Shown: piece after piece, positions 30,701-41,097 of the stretch
How the letters are laid out: each line of letters starts with the position of its first letter
Numbering within the stretch: the stretch's first letter is position 1
Origin: Candidatus Poribacteria bacterium
GTDB taxonomy: Bacteria > Poribacteria > WGA-4E > WGA-3G
DNA length: 64,000 nucleotides
NCBI GenBank assembly: GCA_965205025.1
Contig: CBDBFU010000009.1
Span: 160,001-224,000 of the forward strand
Direction: 5' to 3'
Translations under genes and position numbers: made by a program
Notes under the pieces: generated by a model
The model's database searches: none
What the model was told of the DNA's origin: nothing
What the model saw: only the letters and a program-made list of their open reading frames with translations

Positions 30701-31690
30701 TTACATGTGAAATTCAACCACATCTCCATCATGAATTACATCATTCCGACTAACAGGTTGACCGTCATGCCATTCAGGACCCCAGATACGTGCGAATTTG
30801 AATTCAGCAAAGTCTTTATGTAAACCCATCGCAGCATCAAGAACAGTTGAACCGTTGGTAAGAATAATTGGGTCGTCTCGTTCGATTGGTTTCCCAGGTG
30901 CTTTAGGGTAAACACGCACGATATCTAAGGTTTCATATAGATATTGTAATAGTATGTCTTTTCCTTCACCTGTTTCGGCGGAGAGAGGTAGGATCATGAT
31001 TTCATCTGCATAAAATTCAGTAAGAATTTCTAATCTATCATGTGCATCTAAGGAGTCTACTTGGTTTGCAATCACGGTAGGTTTTTCCTCGTCAGTAATA
31101 TTCTCTCCATCTTTTTCATCCTCCTCAATATTATTGCCTCTTTGCTCTCTTATTACAGAAAGCAACATATCCAATTCATCTAAGATATTATCATTTGCCA
31201 AACTTACAACACCTAAACATAAGTCCGCATTCCTAACTAAGGTTAATACTGCTGGTGAGATGAACTCAGGCATAATTGAGGGGGTATCTATTAATTGGAA
31301 TTGTATATTCTCATAAGGAAGCATCCCTACTCCGGGAGTAGTTGTAGTATAAGGTGTTGGGGAGACTTCAGCTTTTGCCTTCGTGAAGTTAGAAAGAATT
31401 GAGGATTTACCACTATTCGGAGGACCAAGTAGAACTATCTGACCTGCTCCTTGTTTTGGTATGTGTTCACTAAATCCTTTTTTGCCAGATCCCTTTGCTC
31501 CCTTCCCTGATGGACCTTTTTTTATTACAGCAATGCGTTTACGTAGATCAGAGACAACCTTTTCCGTACCCTTATGTTTAGGTACGATTCGTAACATCTC
31601 TTCAAGAAGCTCTAACCGTTCTTCATCCGTTTTGGCTGCTTCATGTTGATGTTTGAGTTTATAGTAGGTTGGGGGTAGGTTTGCAGGCAT
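30701..31690 (-). CDS. DRG/Obg-like GTPase with TGS domain
   Basis: MPANLPP start with AGGAG RBS, PKHKGTEK, GPPNSGKS, PYTT, DTP, C-terminal TGS. Confidence 0.88.
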   Translation of the reverse strand: MPANLPPTYYKLKHQHEAAKTDEERLELLEEMLRIVPKHKGTEKVVSDLRKRIAVIKKGPSGKGAKGSGKKGFSEHIPKQGAGQIVLLGPPNSGKSSILSNFTKAKAEVSPTPYTTTTPGVGMLPYENIQFQLIDTPSIMPEFISPAVLTLVRNADLCLGVVSLANDNILDELDMLLSVIREQRGNNIEEDEKDGENITDEEKPTVIANQVDSLDAHDRLEILTEFYADEIMILPLSAETGEGKDILLQYLYETLDIVRVYPKAPGKPIERDDPIILTNGSTVLDAAMGLHKDFAEFKFARIWGPEWHDGQPVSRNDVIHDGDVVEFHM

Positions 31691-31883
31691 AATACAACTC
31701 CTAATCTTGTTTGCATTCACTCGCAATAACTGATAAAATCACAGGTGTGGGTACAGTAATATGGGATTTACTTTATGTATACAGCGTGTTGTTATACATA
31801 GAAGTTGGCTGTGTAAGAGTATAAAGAAAATCTCTATAATCGACTAATACAACCTGATTACATAGTATCAAAAATTCCGTCCT

Positions 31884-33494
31884 ATGTCAAGACGATTTGA
31901 TAGATTCATTTGCAAACTTATTCTCCATAAATGCACTATTATTGTACTCTTATCCTTGAATTCTTCTTTATATGCATCATCGAATCATGGGGATGAACTT
32001 CTGACAAAGATTTCAACTGAATCACTCATTTCACACGTCAATTCACTACAAGAAAATGTATCACTCTTTCCCAAACAGCGTACCTACCAAACGCGTAATA
32101 CACATCACGGAAAAGCGACAGAGAATGTTGTAAAATATATCAAGCGAATGTTCACACGATCCTCCCGATTAAAGGTTTTTGAACAAGAAATAGGAGGAAT
32201 CAGGAATATTATATCTGTTCTCCCACCAAAGAAAGCTTCAACCAGCAAAAAGGTATTGATTATTTGTGCCAATTATGATTCACAGGCAGTTCGTGAACCT
32301 AATTGGAATCCATTATCATCAAGTGCACCAGGAGCAAATAAGAATGCAACTGGTATGGCAGCACTATTAGAACTGGCGAATATACTCAGTCAGTATGAAT
32401 ATGACCATGAAATTAGGTTTATCGCTTTGGGAGGAGAAGAACTCGGTTTCTTAGGGAGTCGCAATTATGTTCGTGAAGCTGTTTTGAGGGATAATACGCA
32501 CAATGAAGTAGGTTTAGTAAGACGCAATCCGAACTCAGAAGATATTGTGGCTGTATTCAATTTAGATATGATTGGATTCAATTGGAAGAGTGATTTAGTT
32601 GAGGTAATCTCTAATAGAGAATCCGTTTGGCTGACTCGTTCACTGGAAATTGCAAACAATTGGTACGATATTGGCTTGAAAATACGCAGTACAGTTGACG
32701 AATTTGTCGATATCTCATCCCATAAATCTTTCTGGGATTCTGGATATACTGCGGTTACATTAATTGAAAGTTCAACACCATGGAGAGACTCCCAAAATTA
32801 CAATGCAAACCCTTTCTACCATACTTATCAAGACACAATTGATAAGGTAAACTTCACTCTTGTCACGAAGGTTACCAGACTATTACTTGTAACTATTGAC
32901 AGTATTCTTGTAGATATGTTGCAGTCCAGCAGAGATATTCCTCAACTCACTTTATATTTGCCTATAAAAGTGAACCAAAATCCTTTGCCAGTTACAGGGT
33001 CATTTACATCAAATTTTCCAATTGATTTCGTAATTCATCCAAGTAGTGCTGAAGTGAAAATTGATAGAGAAACAAACACCTATAGTGCAAACATCCCTCT
33101 ATCCCCAGGTGAAAATACTGTTTATATTGTAGCCAGGTATCCTTTAGGTGCGGTATCAGTAAAACGTTCAGTAATCCTTAGTGAAGATTTTGTTTGGAAG
33201 GATCTGATTGTAGCACCCAATCCTGTTCGGTTTGATCAGCCTACTGAATTCCGTGTTGAAGGAAACTTAGAGATTTCAAGTATGAAAGTAAATATATATG
33301 ATGTGCATGGGAATATTATTAAAAGAATAGATGGCATTGGAGATAGACTTGACAAACGGGTATGGAGAACCTGGTGGAATCAGAAAACATCATACGGACT
33401 GGCTGTGTCAGGGGGTATCTATATTTGCCAGATTTCCATTGATGTGGAGGGTGTAACTTATACTAATATCAAGAAACTCTCGATTATTCGGTAA
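31884..33494 (+). CDS. M28 peptidase-like protein (degenerate metal site) with Ig-like and FlgD/T9SS-like C-terminus
   Basis: ANYDS, PGANKNATG, GEELG-LGS, NLDMIG, YHT--D; APNP...GIYI. Confidence 0.8.
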   Translation: MSRRFDRFICKLILHKCTIIVLLSLNSSLYASSNHGDELLTKISTESLISHVNSLQENVSLFPKQRTYQTRNTHHGKATENVVKYIKRMFTRSSRLKVFEQEIGGIRNIISVLPPKKASTSKKVLIICANYDSQAVREPNWNPLSSSAPGANKNATGMAALLELANILSQYEYDHEIRFIALGGEELGFLGSRNYVREAVLRDNTHNEVGLVRRNPNSEDIVAVFNLDMIGFNWKSDLVEVISNRESVWLTRSLEIANNWYDIGLKIRSTVDEFVDISSHKSFWDSGYTAVTLIESSTPWRDSQNYNANPFYHTYQDTIDKVNFTLVTKVTRLLLVTIDSILVDMLQSSRDIPQLTLYLPIKVNQNPLPVTGSFTSNFPIDFVIHPSSAEVKIDRETNTYSANIPLSPGENTVYIVARYPLGAVSVKRSVILSEDFVWKDLIVAPNPVRFDQPTEFRVEGNLEISSMKVNIYDVHGNIIKRIDGIGDRLDKRVWRTWWNQKTSYGLAVSGGIYICQISIDVEGVTYTNIKKLSIIR

Positions 33495-33543
33495 GCGTCA
33501 ATCTATAATGGAATCTGAAAATTACCTATATGTATACAACTCA

Positions 33544-33772
33544 TACCATTTCTATAGATTATTGTCTCATTAGGGGTTATTATGGTAGTCATTTTTCAGG
33601 TCACAAACTGAATGAAGATTAATTTTTAAATCCGGTAATTTTAAAGAAAGATTCCAGTGCGGTTAGGAAACCGCACCTACCGGGTTTGGGAAAATTAGAA
33701 TTACCGAAATATTTACTTAATCTTCATAAAGTTTGTGGTACAAAAAAGAGACATTTTCAATTCGAAATGGTA
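33544..33772. mobile_element. Complete composite (nested) MITE with IS630-like ends
   Basis: TCA-TACCATTTC...GAAATGGTA-TCA; contains loop-inserted MITE 33612-33727 and REP 33657-33680. Confidence 0.85.
33612..33727. mobile_element. Loop-inserted MITE, copy B
   Basis: ATGAAGATTAA...TTAATCTTCAT; flanks CACAAACTGA | AAAGTTTGTG. Confidence 0.8.
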
Positions 33773-33872
33773 TCAGTATCTACGCGCTCAAAATATAAAA
33801 ATATTAGACAAATCAAGAATTATATAGTATTATTATGGGTGGTATAAACCAAAATTAATAGGAGTATTACTT

Positions 33873-34136
33873 GTGCATAGATTATCAGCAAAGAAGCATG
33901 TACGAGCAGATGCGAAAAAGCGTGTTCGGAACAGACACCGTAAAGTTACACTTAGGACTGCTATAAAGAATACAGAATTAGCTCTTGAGAGTGGTGATGT
34001 AGAAAAGTCGCAGGAATTGACTAAGCAAACTTTTGGTCTTTTAGACAGAGCAGCGGGTAAAGGTGTCATTAAAAAAGGCACTGCGAATCGACAGAAGTCA
34101 AGATTAGCACAAAAACTCAACTCGATAACTGCATAA
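33873..34136 (+). CDS. rpsT: 30S ribosomal protein S20
   Basis: SAKK..R...KRV-RNR..K--LRTAIK, LDRAA-KGVI-K-TA-R-KSRL. Confidence 0.95.
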   Translation: MHRLSAKKHVRADAKKRVRNRHRKVTLRTAIKNTELALESGDVEKSQELTKQTFGLLDRAAGKGVIKKGTANRQKSRLAQKLNSITA

Positions 34137-34191
34137 TTCTCTCTATCTTCTCTCCACCACCCCTAACCTAAAGCGTGTTGGTATTTGACAA

Positions 34192-35562
34192 ATGAATGCA
34201 CGCCAAGTCGCGTTGGAATGTCTATTAGAACTATCCTCATCCGATGCCACTATAGCGTCAATTGTTGACAATGCTCTTCAGAAGTACAACCTAAAAAGTA
34301 GAGAACATAGATTTGTTAATGCCCTTGTCTATGGTGTTGTCCGTTGGCAACAACAATTGGATTGGGTATTAGGACATTTTATCAATTCTCGTTTTAGATT
34401 GGACACAAAACGTCGTACCATCCTCCGACTCGGGGTATTCCAATTACTCCACTTAAACGGTATTCCCGACCGTGCAGCCATAAATGAAACAGTAGATCTT
34501 GCCATAGAAAGTCGAAAAACGAAAGGTTTTATTAATGCTGTTTTACGTTCAATTCAACGTAATGGTGGGGAGTTAACCTACCCTCAGTTGGAATCTGACC
34601 CTATAGACCATATCTCATATTCCTACTCATATCCAAAATGGTTAGTTGAGAGATGGCTTAAAGACTGGGGTGTAGATTGGACATTGGACTTCTGCACAGC
34701 CAGTAATAAAATTGCACCATTATCTATCAGGACGAATACACTCCTTACAAAACCTGATGAACTACAAGCAATGTTCAGAAAGAATGGTATATCTACACGA
34801 ATTTCAAACTATGTTCCTGAAGGTATAGTAATTGAAAGAAGTTCAAATACCTCTGAGAATGGTACATCACCTACATCTGAAGAAAAGGACATTAAGAGAA
34901 TTCTCAATCACGAGCATGTTTATGTTCAAGATGAGAGTGCCATGTTAATATGCCACCTACTTATGTCCGATTCCTCGAAATTTGTTGTAGATTTATGTGC
35001 TGCACCAGGGGGCAAAACAACGCACATGGCTTGTATGATGGGTAATTCTGGAAAGATAGTTGCTATTGATACATCAGAAAAGAAACTTCTAAGATTACAA
35101 GAAAATTGTAGACGAATGAGAATCCAGAATGTAGAAACAAAAGCATTAGATGCCGTAAAATCTGATCTCAGTTTTATTAAGGAAGCAGATGCTGTACTTA
35201 TTGATGCTCCGTGTTCTGGATTTGGTACACTCCGACGACATCCTGATATTCGATGGAATAAAACCTTTAAACAACTACAATCTTTTACCCAACTTCAATA
35301 TAATCTATTAAGGAATGTTGCACAACATATCAAACCAAACGGTCTATTAGTTTATAGTACATGTACAATTGAGAAAGCAGAGAATGAGGACGTAATTCAA
35401 CGATTCTTGAAGAATTATCCAATGTTCTGCGTTGAACCACCAAGTAAGGCATCAATTAATTTACCTAAGAATATAATCACCGCAGATGGTTATCTTCAAA
35501 CGTTCCCACACGAACATGATATTGATGGTGCATTTGCTGTGAGTCTCAGGAAATCAACATAG
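34192..35562 (+). CDS. rsmB: 16S rRNA m5C967 methyltransferase
   Basis: NusB-like N-terminus, VQDES, DLCAAPGGKT, DAPCSG-G--RRHPD, YSTCT. Confidence 0.93.
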   Translation: MNARQVALECLLELSSSDATIASIVDNALQKYNLKSREHRFVNALVYGVVRWQQQLDWVLGHFINSRFRLDTKRRTILRLGVFQLLHLNGIPDRAAINETVDLAIESRKTKGFINAVLRSIQRNGGELTYPQLESDPIDHISYSYSYPKWLVERWLKDWGVDWTLDFCTASNKIAPLSIRTNTLLTKPDELQAMFRKNGISTRISNYVPEGIVIERSSNTSENGTSPTSEEKDIKRILNHEHVYVQDESAMLICHLLMSDSSKFVVDLCAAPGGKTTHMACMMGNSGKIVAIDTSEKKLLRLQENCRRMRIQNVETKALDAVKSDLSFIKEADAVLIDAPCSGFGTLRRHPDIRWNKTFKQLQSFTQLQYNLLRNVAQHIKPNGLLVYSTCTIEKAENEDVIQRFLKNYPMFCVEPPSKASINLPKNIITADGYLQTFPHEHDIDGAFAVSLRKST

Positions 35563-35565
35563 AAG

Positions 35566-36183
35566 ATGATTGATTTTAATTTATATGTCATTACAAATAG
35601 ACACCTTTGCCATCCAACACCTTTACTAACCGTAATTTCTGACATCATTCAAGTTGGTGTAAAAGCCATACAGATCCGTGAGAAAGACTTAAATAGTAAG
35701 GATTTGTATAAGTTGGCTTCACCAATTTCCGAATTATGTAAAGTTAACAATGTAAATCTTTTCATAAACACTAATATACAGGTAGCTGTAGATATTGGTG
35801 CGGTAGGGGTACATCTACCTGATATAGACTCATCAATAGATGAAATAATGAATCCTTTCAATGCCAAGTTGCAAATAGGTTGTTCAATACATGATATTGA
35901 TTCAGCTAAAAGACGGGAAAATGAAGGGGCAGATTTTCTTACATATAGTCCTATCTATCCAATATTAAACAAACCTGAATCAGGACCTGCTATGGGTATT
36001 GATAACCTTGGTGATTTGGTAAAACAAGTGGCATTACCTATCTTTGCTCTTGGTGGGATAACCCCTGCCAAAGTAAAGGGTTGTATGGATATCGGAGCTG
36101 CAGGTATTGCTGTGATGTCGGGGATTATGTCACCCACATTTAGTGCTGACCGTGCATCAGAATATCTGGATGTTTTAGATTAA
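35566..36183 (+). CDS. thiE: Thiamine phosphate synthase / TenI-like protein
   Basis: LYVIT, QIREK, GVHL, G-SIH, ALGGI. Confidence 0.75.
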   Translation: MIDFNLYVITNRHLCHPTPLLTVISDIIQVGVKAIQIREKDLNSKDLYKLASPISELCKVNNVNLFINTNIQVAVDIGAVGVHLPDIDSSIDEIMNPFNAKLQIGCSIHDIDSAKRRENEGADFLTYSPIYPILNKPESGPAMGIDNLGDLVKQVALPIFALGGITPAKVKGCMDIGAAGIAVMSGIMSPTFSADRASEYLDVLD

Positions 36184-36259
36184 CTGCCAAGTATCATACA
36201 GTATTTTGATTTGCCAATTTCTCATAGAGACTTCGGAAGAAATACTTATCGGTCTGAAC

Positions 36260-39200
36260 TTAAGAATTAGAAATAAGGATTTCATTGAAGAGAGCACGAG
36301 TTTTTTCTGTCCACTTACCATAATCTTGAAGGAATGCTTCAACAATAGGTGTATTCTCTGTTTCATTATAACCGAGTCTTCGTGCTAACTGTGTTAATTC
36401 TGCACGATTTGTGGGTAACGCGTCTAATGCACGATCATGAACAATTCTTAGTGCGTTTTCCACCCGTCGTAGGAATTTATATGCATTGGTTAAATCTGTA
36501 GATTGACTATCTGATAAAACAGCAATATCTTTTAATTTTTCAATGGCAATGAGTGTATTTGGTACCCGTATAGAAGATTCATTTTTGCCGTGGATGAGTT
36601 GTAGGGTCTGAACTGCGAATTCAATATCAACGAGTCCCCCATATCCAGATTTGACATTTGCAGAAGGTTTTTGTGATTTTCCACTTCGTCTTCGTCGTGT
36701 TTTTGTTGTGCGTGTAGCTTGAACTTCCTTACGTTTACGTGTATGAATGATTTCTTCAACACCCTCCGCTGAGAGTGATTCCTGGTAACAGAAGGTATGA
36801 GCAATGTCCATGAATTTTTCACCTAAGTTTTTTCTATCTCCAGCTACTATACGAGCCCGAGTTAGAGCTTGGCGTTCCCAAATTTCTCCTGTCTGCGAAT
36901 AGTAATTCTGGTAACCTGACAGTGGTAAAGCTATTGCTCCACCTGTACCGTATGGACGAAGTCTCAGATCTAATTCATAAATACTCATCCCGTGTTCACC
37001 CCCAAGTTGTTTACCCAATTCTAAACCGAGTATAGAGTAATATTCTGAATTTGGCATGCCTTTTGTAGTTTTCCCATCTGCGGAATACACAAGCATCACA
37101 TCTAAATCAGAACTGAAATTCAATTCACTTCCTCCAAGTTTCCCCATACCAATTATTGCAAATGATGTATCAGAACCATCATCGGATATTGGGTCTCCGT
37201 GTTCTTTACGTATACGATCATCAATTAATGGATATAAGGTTTGCAATATTGCTTCAGCTAAGTCAGAGAGTTCGGATGTTGTTGTCGGTAGGTCAGCATT
37301 TCCAAGTATGTGTCGTAAGGCAATACGCCATATTTCATCATTTTTATACCGCCTAATTGCACTCATAGTAAGGGTTGAAGGTGTATCCTCGATTAATTGT
37401 AGTACTTCCTCCTGTTTTTCTTGTAACGTCTTCCTACTTTCAATAAATCTTGGTATAGTTAATAAATCAAATAGCTCTGGATGTGTAATAAGTAAGTCAG
37501 CCAGATATAGACTTGTACCACATACGCTGGTTAAAGCCGCCAGAACATCAGGTCTATCCATAAACAAATTGTAATAGCTACTTCGTGCTCCCACTTTTGC
37601 AGCAAATGCTTCAAAATAACGGAGTGACATGTCTGGATCTGGAGCTTGCTTCAAATACTTTAATAGAGTAGGAGCGAATTGAAAGAAAGTTCTTCTGACA
37701 GATGGTGAGAATTGTTGACCTTCACCTCCATTTGCAAGTTGTCCTAAGAGTCTATGTGCCTCACGAGTATTTTCAAACCCAAACTTACCCAATTGTTCCT
37801 GAATTTCAGTGGTGTCCTCTTGACTTAAGAGTACAGCTAAATCCAACTGGTCGGGTTCATGTATATCCAAGATCTTCTCAAAAACACTGCGAACGTGTTT
37901 TCTATGCATATCATAATCAGACTGAAATTTCTCTAAGGGAGCATCCTTATACCCTAAAGTTATCGCAAATTGAGTCGTTTCCTCTTCCTTAGATGGAATT
38001 AAATATCGTTGTTGATCTGATTCGATTTGGATAGCATTTTCAACTCTTCGAAAGAATCTGTATGCATCACTGAGTATTTGAGTATCCTCATCTTCAAGTA
38101 GTTGAGCATTCTTCAATTCGGTTAGTGCAACCAAAGTATTCTGAGAACATAATGACTTTCTTTTCCCTCCATGTATCATCTGTAGACACTGTACTGTAAA
38201 CTCAATATCTCTAATAGTTCCAGGTCCGAGTTTAACATGTGTATCAATATCTGTTTTTTCATTTACAAGTCTTTCTTCAATCCGTGCCTTTGTATTCCAA
38301 ATGTCTGCTTTGATTTCGTTAAGTGAGACACCATCTAAATAACGTTGATAGACGAATGGATGAATCATCCGGATAAATTGATTTCCGAATTCAATATCTC
38401 CTGCAACCGGTCTTGCTTTTATGAGTGCTTGTCTTTCCCATAAATCCCCCCATCCTTCATAATAACTCTCATAACTTTCCATAGAACGGATTATAACTCC
38501 TGCACTACTTTCTGGACGTAATCGAATATCAACTCTAAAGACATACCCTTCTGAAGTAACTTCACTCATTGCTTTGATAAGAAATTCACAGAGTCTTGAA
38601 TAATACTCACCGTTCTCAACTCCTTTATCCGTCTTTCCTTCGTCAGAGTATACAAAAATTAGGTCTATGTCTGAACTAAAATTTAATTCAAAACCCCCAA
38701 ATTTCCCCATACCTATTACTGCGAAACGACCTGGTTCAGATCCATCCTCATTTTGGGGTGTACCCAATTTGGGTTTCATTACCTGTTCACAACCAATTTC
38801 ATAGCAGTGTTGAAGTGTAGCTTCAGCTAAATTACTCATTTCTAAAGTTGTTGTTTCTACACTATCTGCTTGCAGTATATCTCTTAGGGCGATACGAAGA
38901 CTCTCCCTACGTTTATACCGTCGAATAATAGTCAATTGCTGATCAAGATCATGATATCTACCCAGTAATGAGCCAATTTCTTGATACATACATTCTTTAG
39001 ATTTCTGTATATTCATTACATTAGCATCAATTATGTCATAGAAATAGATGGGGTATCGAATCAAAAGCTCAGATAAATAAGTAGAACTACCAAAACAGAT
39101 TAGCAGGGGTTCAATCAGAAATGGAGCATCCCGTAAGAGTTTATAGATCCATCTACGGTTGAATGTAACTACAAGAAAGCGTGATAATCGGTTTAATGCA

Positions 39201-39418
39201 GCTTCAGGATTGGGAGCATCAAGTGTGGTAACTAATAATCTGGTTACTATATCAGCAAAGCAGATTTGAGTTTCCAAATCCTCTGTTGCAAGTTCTTGTA
39301 AACTACGGAGGATAGATTCTCTATCCAAATCTGCATTTTTATCGGTTGTATCGGATAGAATATGATTAATTTCATCTAATATATGTTGGGGGAAAGGGAG
39401 TTCTTGGTACTTCATCAT
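36260..39418 (-). CDS. glnE: Glutamine synthetase adenylyltransferase/adenylyl-removing enzyme
   Basis: Two nucleotidyltransferase modules MGK-GG-ELNFSSD-D, D-RLRP, WERQAL. Confidence 0.95.
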   Translation of the reverse strand: MMKYQELPFPQHILDEINHILSDTTDKNADLDRESILRSLQELATEDLETQICFADIVTRLLVTTLDAPNPEAALNRLSRFLVVTFNRRWIYKLLRDAPFLIEPLLICFGSSTYLSELLIRYPIYFYDIIDANVMNIQKSKECMYQEIGSLLGRYHDLDQQLTIIRRYKRRESLRIALRDILQADSVETTTLEMSNLAEATLQHCYEIGCEQVMKPKLGTPQNEDGSEPGRFAVIGMGKFGGFELNFSSDIDLIFVYSDEGKTDKGVENGEYYSRLCEFLIKAMSEVTSEGYVFRVDIRLRPESSAGVIIRSMESYESYYEGWGDLWERQALIKARPVAGDIEFGNQFIRMIHPFVYQRYLDGVSLNEIKADIWNTKARIEERLVNEKTDIDTHVKLGPGTIRDIEFTVQCLQMIHGGKRKSLCSQNTLVALTELKNAQLLEDEDTQILSDAYRFFRRVENAIQIESDQQRYLIPSKEEETTQFAITLGYKDAPLEKFQSDYDMHRKHVRSVFEKILDIHEPDQLDLAVLLSQEDTTEIQEQLGKFGFENTREAHRLLGQLANGGEGQQFSPSVRRTFFQFAPTLLKYLKQAPDPDMSLRYFEAFAAKVGARSSYYNLFMDRPDVLAALTSVCGTSLYLADLLITHPELFDLLTIPRFIESRKTLQEKQEEVLQLIEDTPSTLTMSAIRRYKNDEIWRIALRHILGNADLPTTTSELSDLAEAILQTLYPLIDDRIRKEHGDPISDDGSDTSFAIIGMGKLGGSELNFSSDLDVMLVYSADGKTTKGMPNSEYYSILGLELGKQLGGEHGMSIYELDLRLRPYGTGGAIALPLSGYQNYYSQTGEIWERQALTRARIVAGDRKNLGEKFMDIAHTFCYQESLSAEGVEEIIHTRKRKEVQATRTTKTRRRRSGKSQKPSANVKSGYGGLVDIEFAVQTLQLIHGKNESSIRVPNTLIAIEKLKDIAVLSDSQSTDLTNAYKFLRRVENALRIVHDRALDALPTNRAELTQLARRLGYNETENTPIVEAFLQDYGKWTEKTRALFNEILISNS

Positions 39419-39642
39419 TTCACTCTATATATTGCTATAATTCCTTATTCTATCATATTAAAACACGGTAGACAATCCTATTTCATACGGATTGGATGTG
39501 TAAGGTTTTTGGCACTTTACATAATATTAACATGATGAGTTTGATAAATCAGATTTTTATGTTTGGTGCGGTTAGGAAACCGAAGTTACCGGTCCTGGAT
39601 ATTAACTAAATTGACGCCTATAGTGCGGTTAGGAAACCGCAC

Positions 39643-41097
39643 TATAGGCGTCAATTTTAGAAAAAGGATGTCTGATTTTTCAATAATAATTATTGTTAAG
39701 TGAAAACATCTCCTATATAATGTATAAAAATATTACCTTTTACTTTATACAAGAGGTGTTTCCAATGAATACATTATCACAGGTTCCTGAAAAAATGCAA
39801 CAGATTCTAACAACCATTGCTGATGAAGCAGCCCTTGAAACAGGATTTTGCAAAAGAAATCGAAAACTTGCGGGGAGTCATTTTGCTCAGACACTTATTT
39901 ATAGTTGGTTAGAAAATCCTGATGCCACCTATACTCAACTTACACATACTGCTGCTTCTCTCGGTACTCCAATCTCACGACAAGCGATTGAACAACGATT
40001 TACTGCTGAAGCTGCACAAACCCTCAAAGCAATCCTTGACGCGGCTGCGTCCGAAGTGATTTCTGCGGATCCACAAGTTCTCCCACTCCTTGAACAGTTC
40101 AACGGTATCTATATACAAGATAGTTCTTGGATAACACTCCCTGATACGCTTCACGATATTTGGGAAGGTGCCAGTAAAAAGGATTATCCGAACAAATCCG
40201 AACTGAAACTCCATCTACGCTTCGATGTTGCTACAGGGACATTCGAACACTTTCAACTCACCAACGGCATCACCGCTGATAGCACTGTAGAAAAACAGAT
40301 TGACCGGCTCCCCCAAGGGAGTTTACGCCTTGCGGATCTCGGTTATTTTTCGCTACAAACCCTTCAAGAACTTACGGACGAAGGGGTCTTTTGGATTTCA
40401 CGGTATAAAGTTAGGTGTTCGGTTTTTGACAATACAGGAAAGCCTCTTTGTTTACATAAATGGCTCAAGTTTCAGACCGAAAACATTATCGAAACAGATA
40501 TTTTCATAGGTTCAAAAAAGCGGATGAAAGTAAGATTAGTAGCTCAGAGACTCTCCGAAGAAGAAACCGAAAAACGACGACGAGATATCAACTATCGTGC
40601 TAAACGAAAGCATACACAAGCATCACAGGCACGACTCCAACTCGCAGGTTGGAATATCTACATTACAAATATTGGAACGGATCAACTCACCGCTGAACAG
40701 ATATGTGTCATTGCGCGGATTCGATGGCAGATCGAGTTGATATTTAAGTGCTTTAAAAGCCTTGGAAAAGTAGACACATCACGAAGTAAAAAACCGTATC
40801 GTATTCTATGTGAAATATATGCTAAACTGATCGCTGCAATCATTCGGCATTGGGTGATGTTGGTCATAGGATGGCGATGTTTACGGCATAGTTTATCGAA
40901 AACAGTAGAGCTTATTACGTCCTACACACGCACAATCACAATAAGCTTTCGCAAGTCAAAGAGACATCTTAGAGAGACATTTGATGAGATAAAACAAGTA
41001 TTCGAAAACGGGTGCTACATTGAAAGAAGAGCTAATAGAAAAACAACATTGGAATATCTTGAAAATGCTACAAAAAACCGCTAAATTGACGCCTATG
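39643..41097 (+). mobile_element. IS4-family (IS231-like) insertion sequence with 20-bp flanking direct repeat
   Basis: TIR TATAGGCGTCAATTTTAG / CTAAATTGACGCCTATG; GTGCGGTTAGGAAACCGCAC at 39623-39642 and 41098-41117. Confidence 0.88.
39765..41084 (+). CDS. IS4-family DDE transposase
   Basis: GAGGTG RBS; IQDSS, ADLGYF, RIRWQIELIFK (YREK motif with Y replaced by A); stop codon inside the right TIR. Confidence 0.9.
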   Translation: MNTLSQVPEKMQQILTTIADEAALETGFCKRNRKLAGSHFAQTLIYSWLENPDATYTQLTHTAASLGTPISRQAIEQRFTAEAAQTLKAILDAAASEVISADPQVLPLLEQFNGIYIQDSSWITLPDTLHDIWEGASKKDYPNKSELKLHLRFDVATGTFEHFQLTNGITADSTVEKQIDRLPQGSLRLADLGYFSLQTLQELTDEGVFWISRYKVRCSVFDNTGKPLCLHKWLKFQTENIIETDIFIGSKKRMKVRLVAQRLSEEETEKRRRDINYRAKRKHTQASQARLQLAGWNIYITNIGTDQLTAEQICVIARIRWQIELIFKCFKSLGKVDTSRSKKPYRILCEIYAKLIAAIIRHWVMLVIGWRCLRHSLSKTVELITSYTRTITISFRKSKRHLRETFDEIKQVFENGCYIERRANRKTTLEYLENATKNR

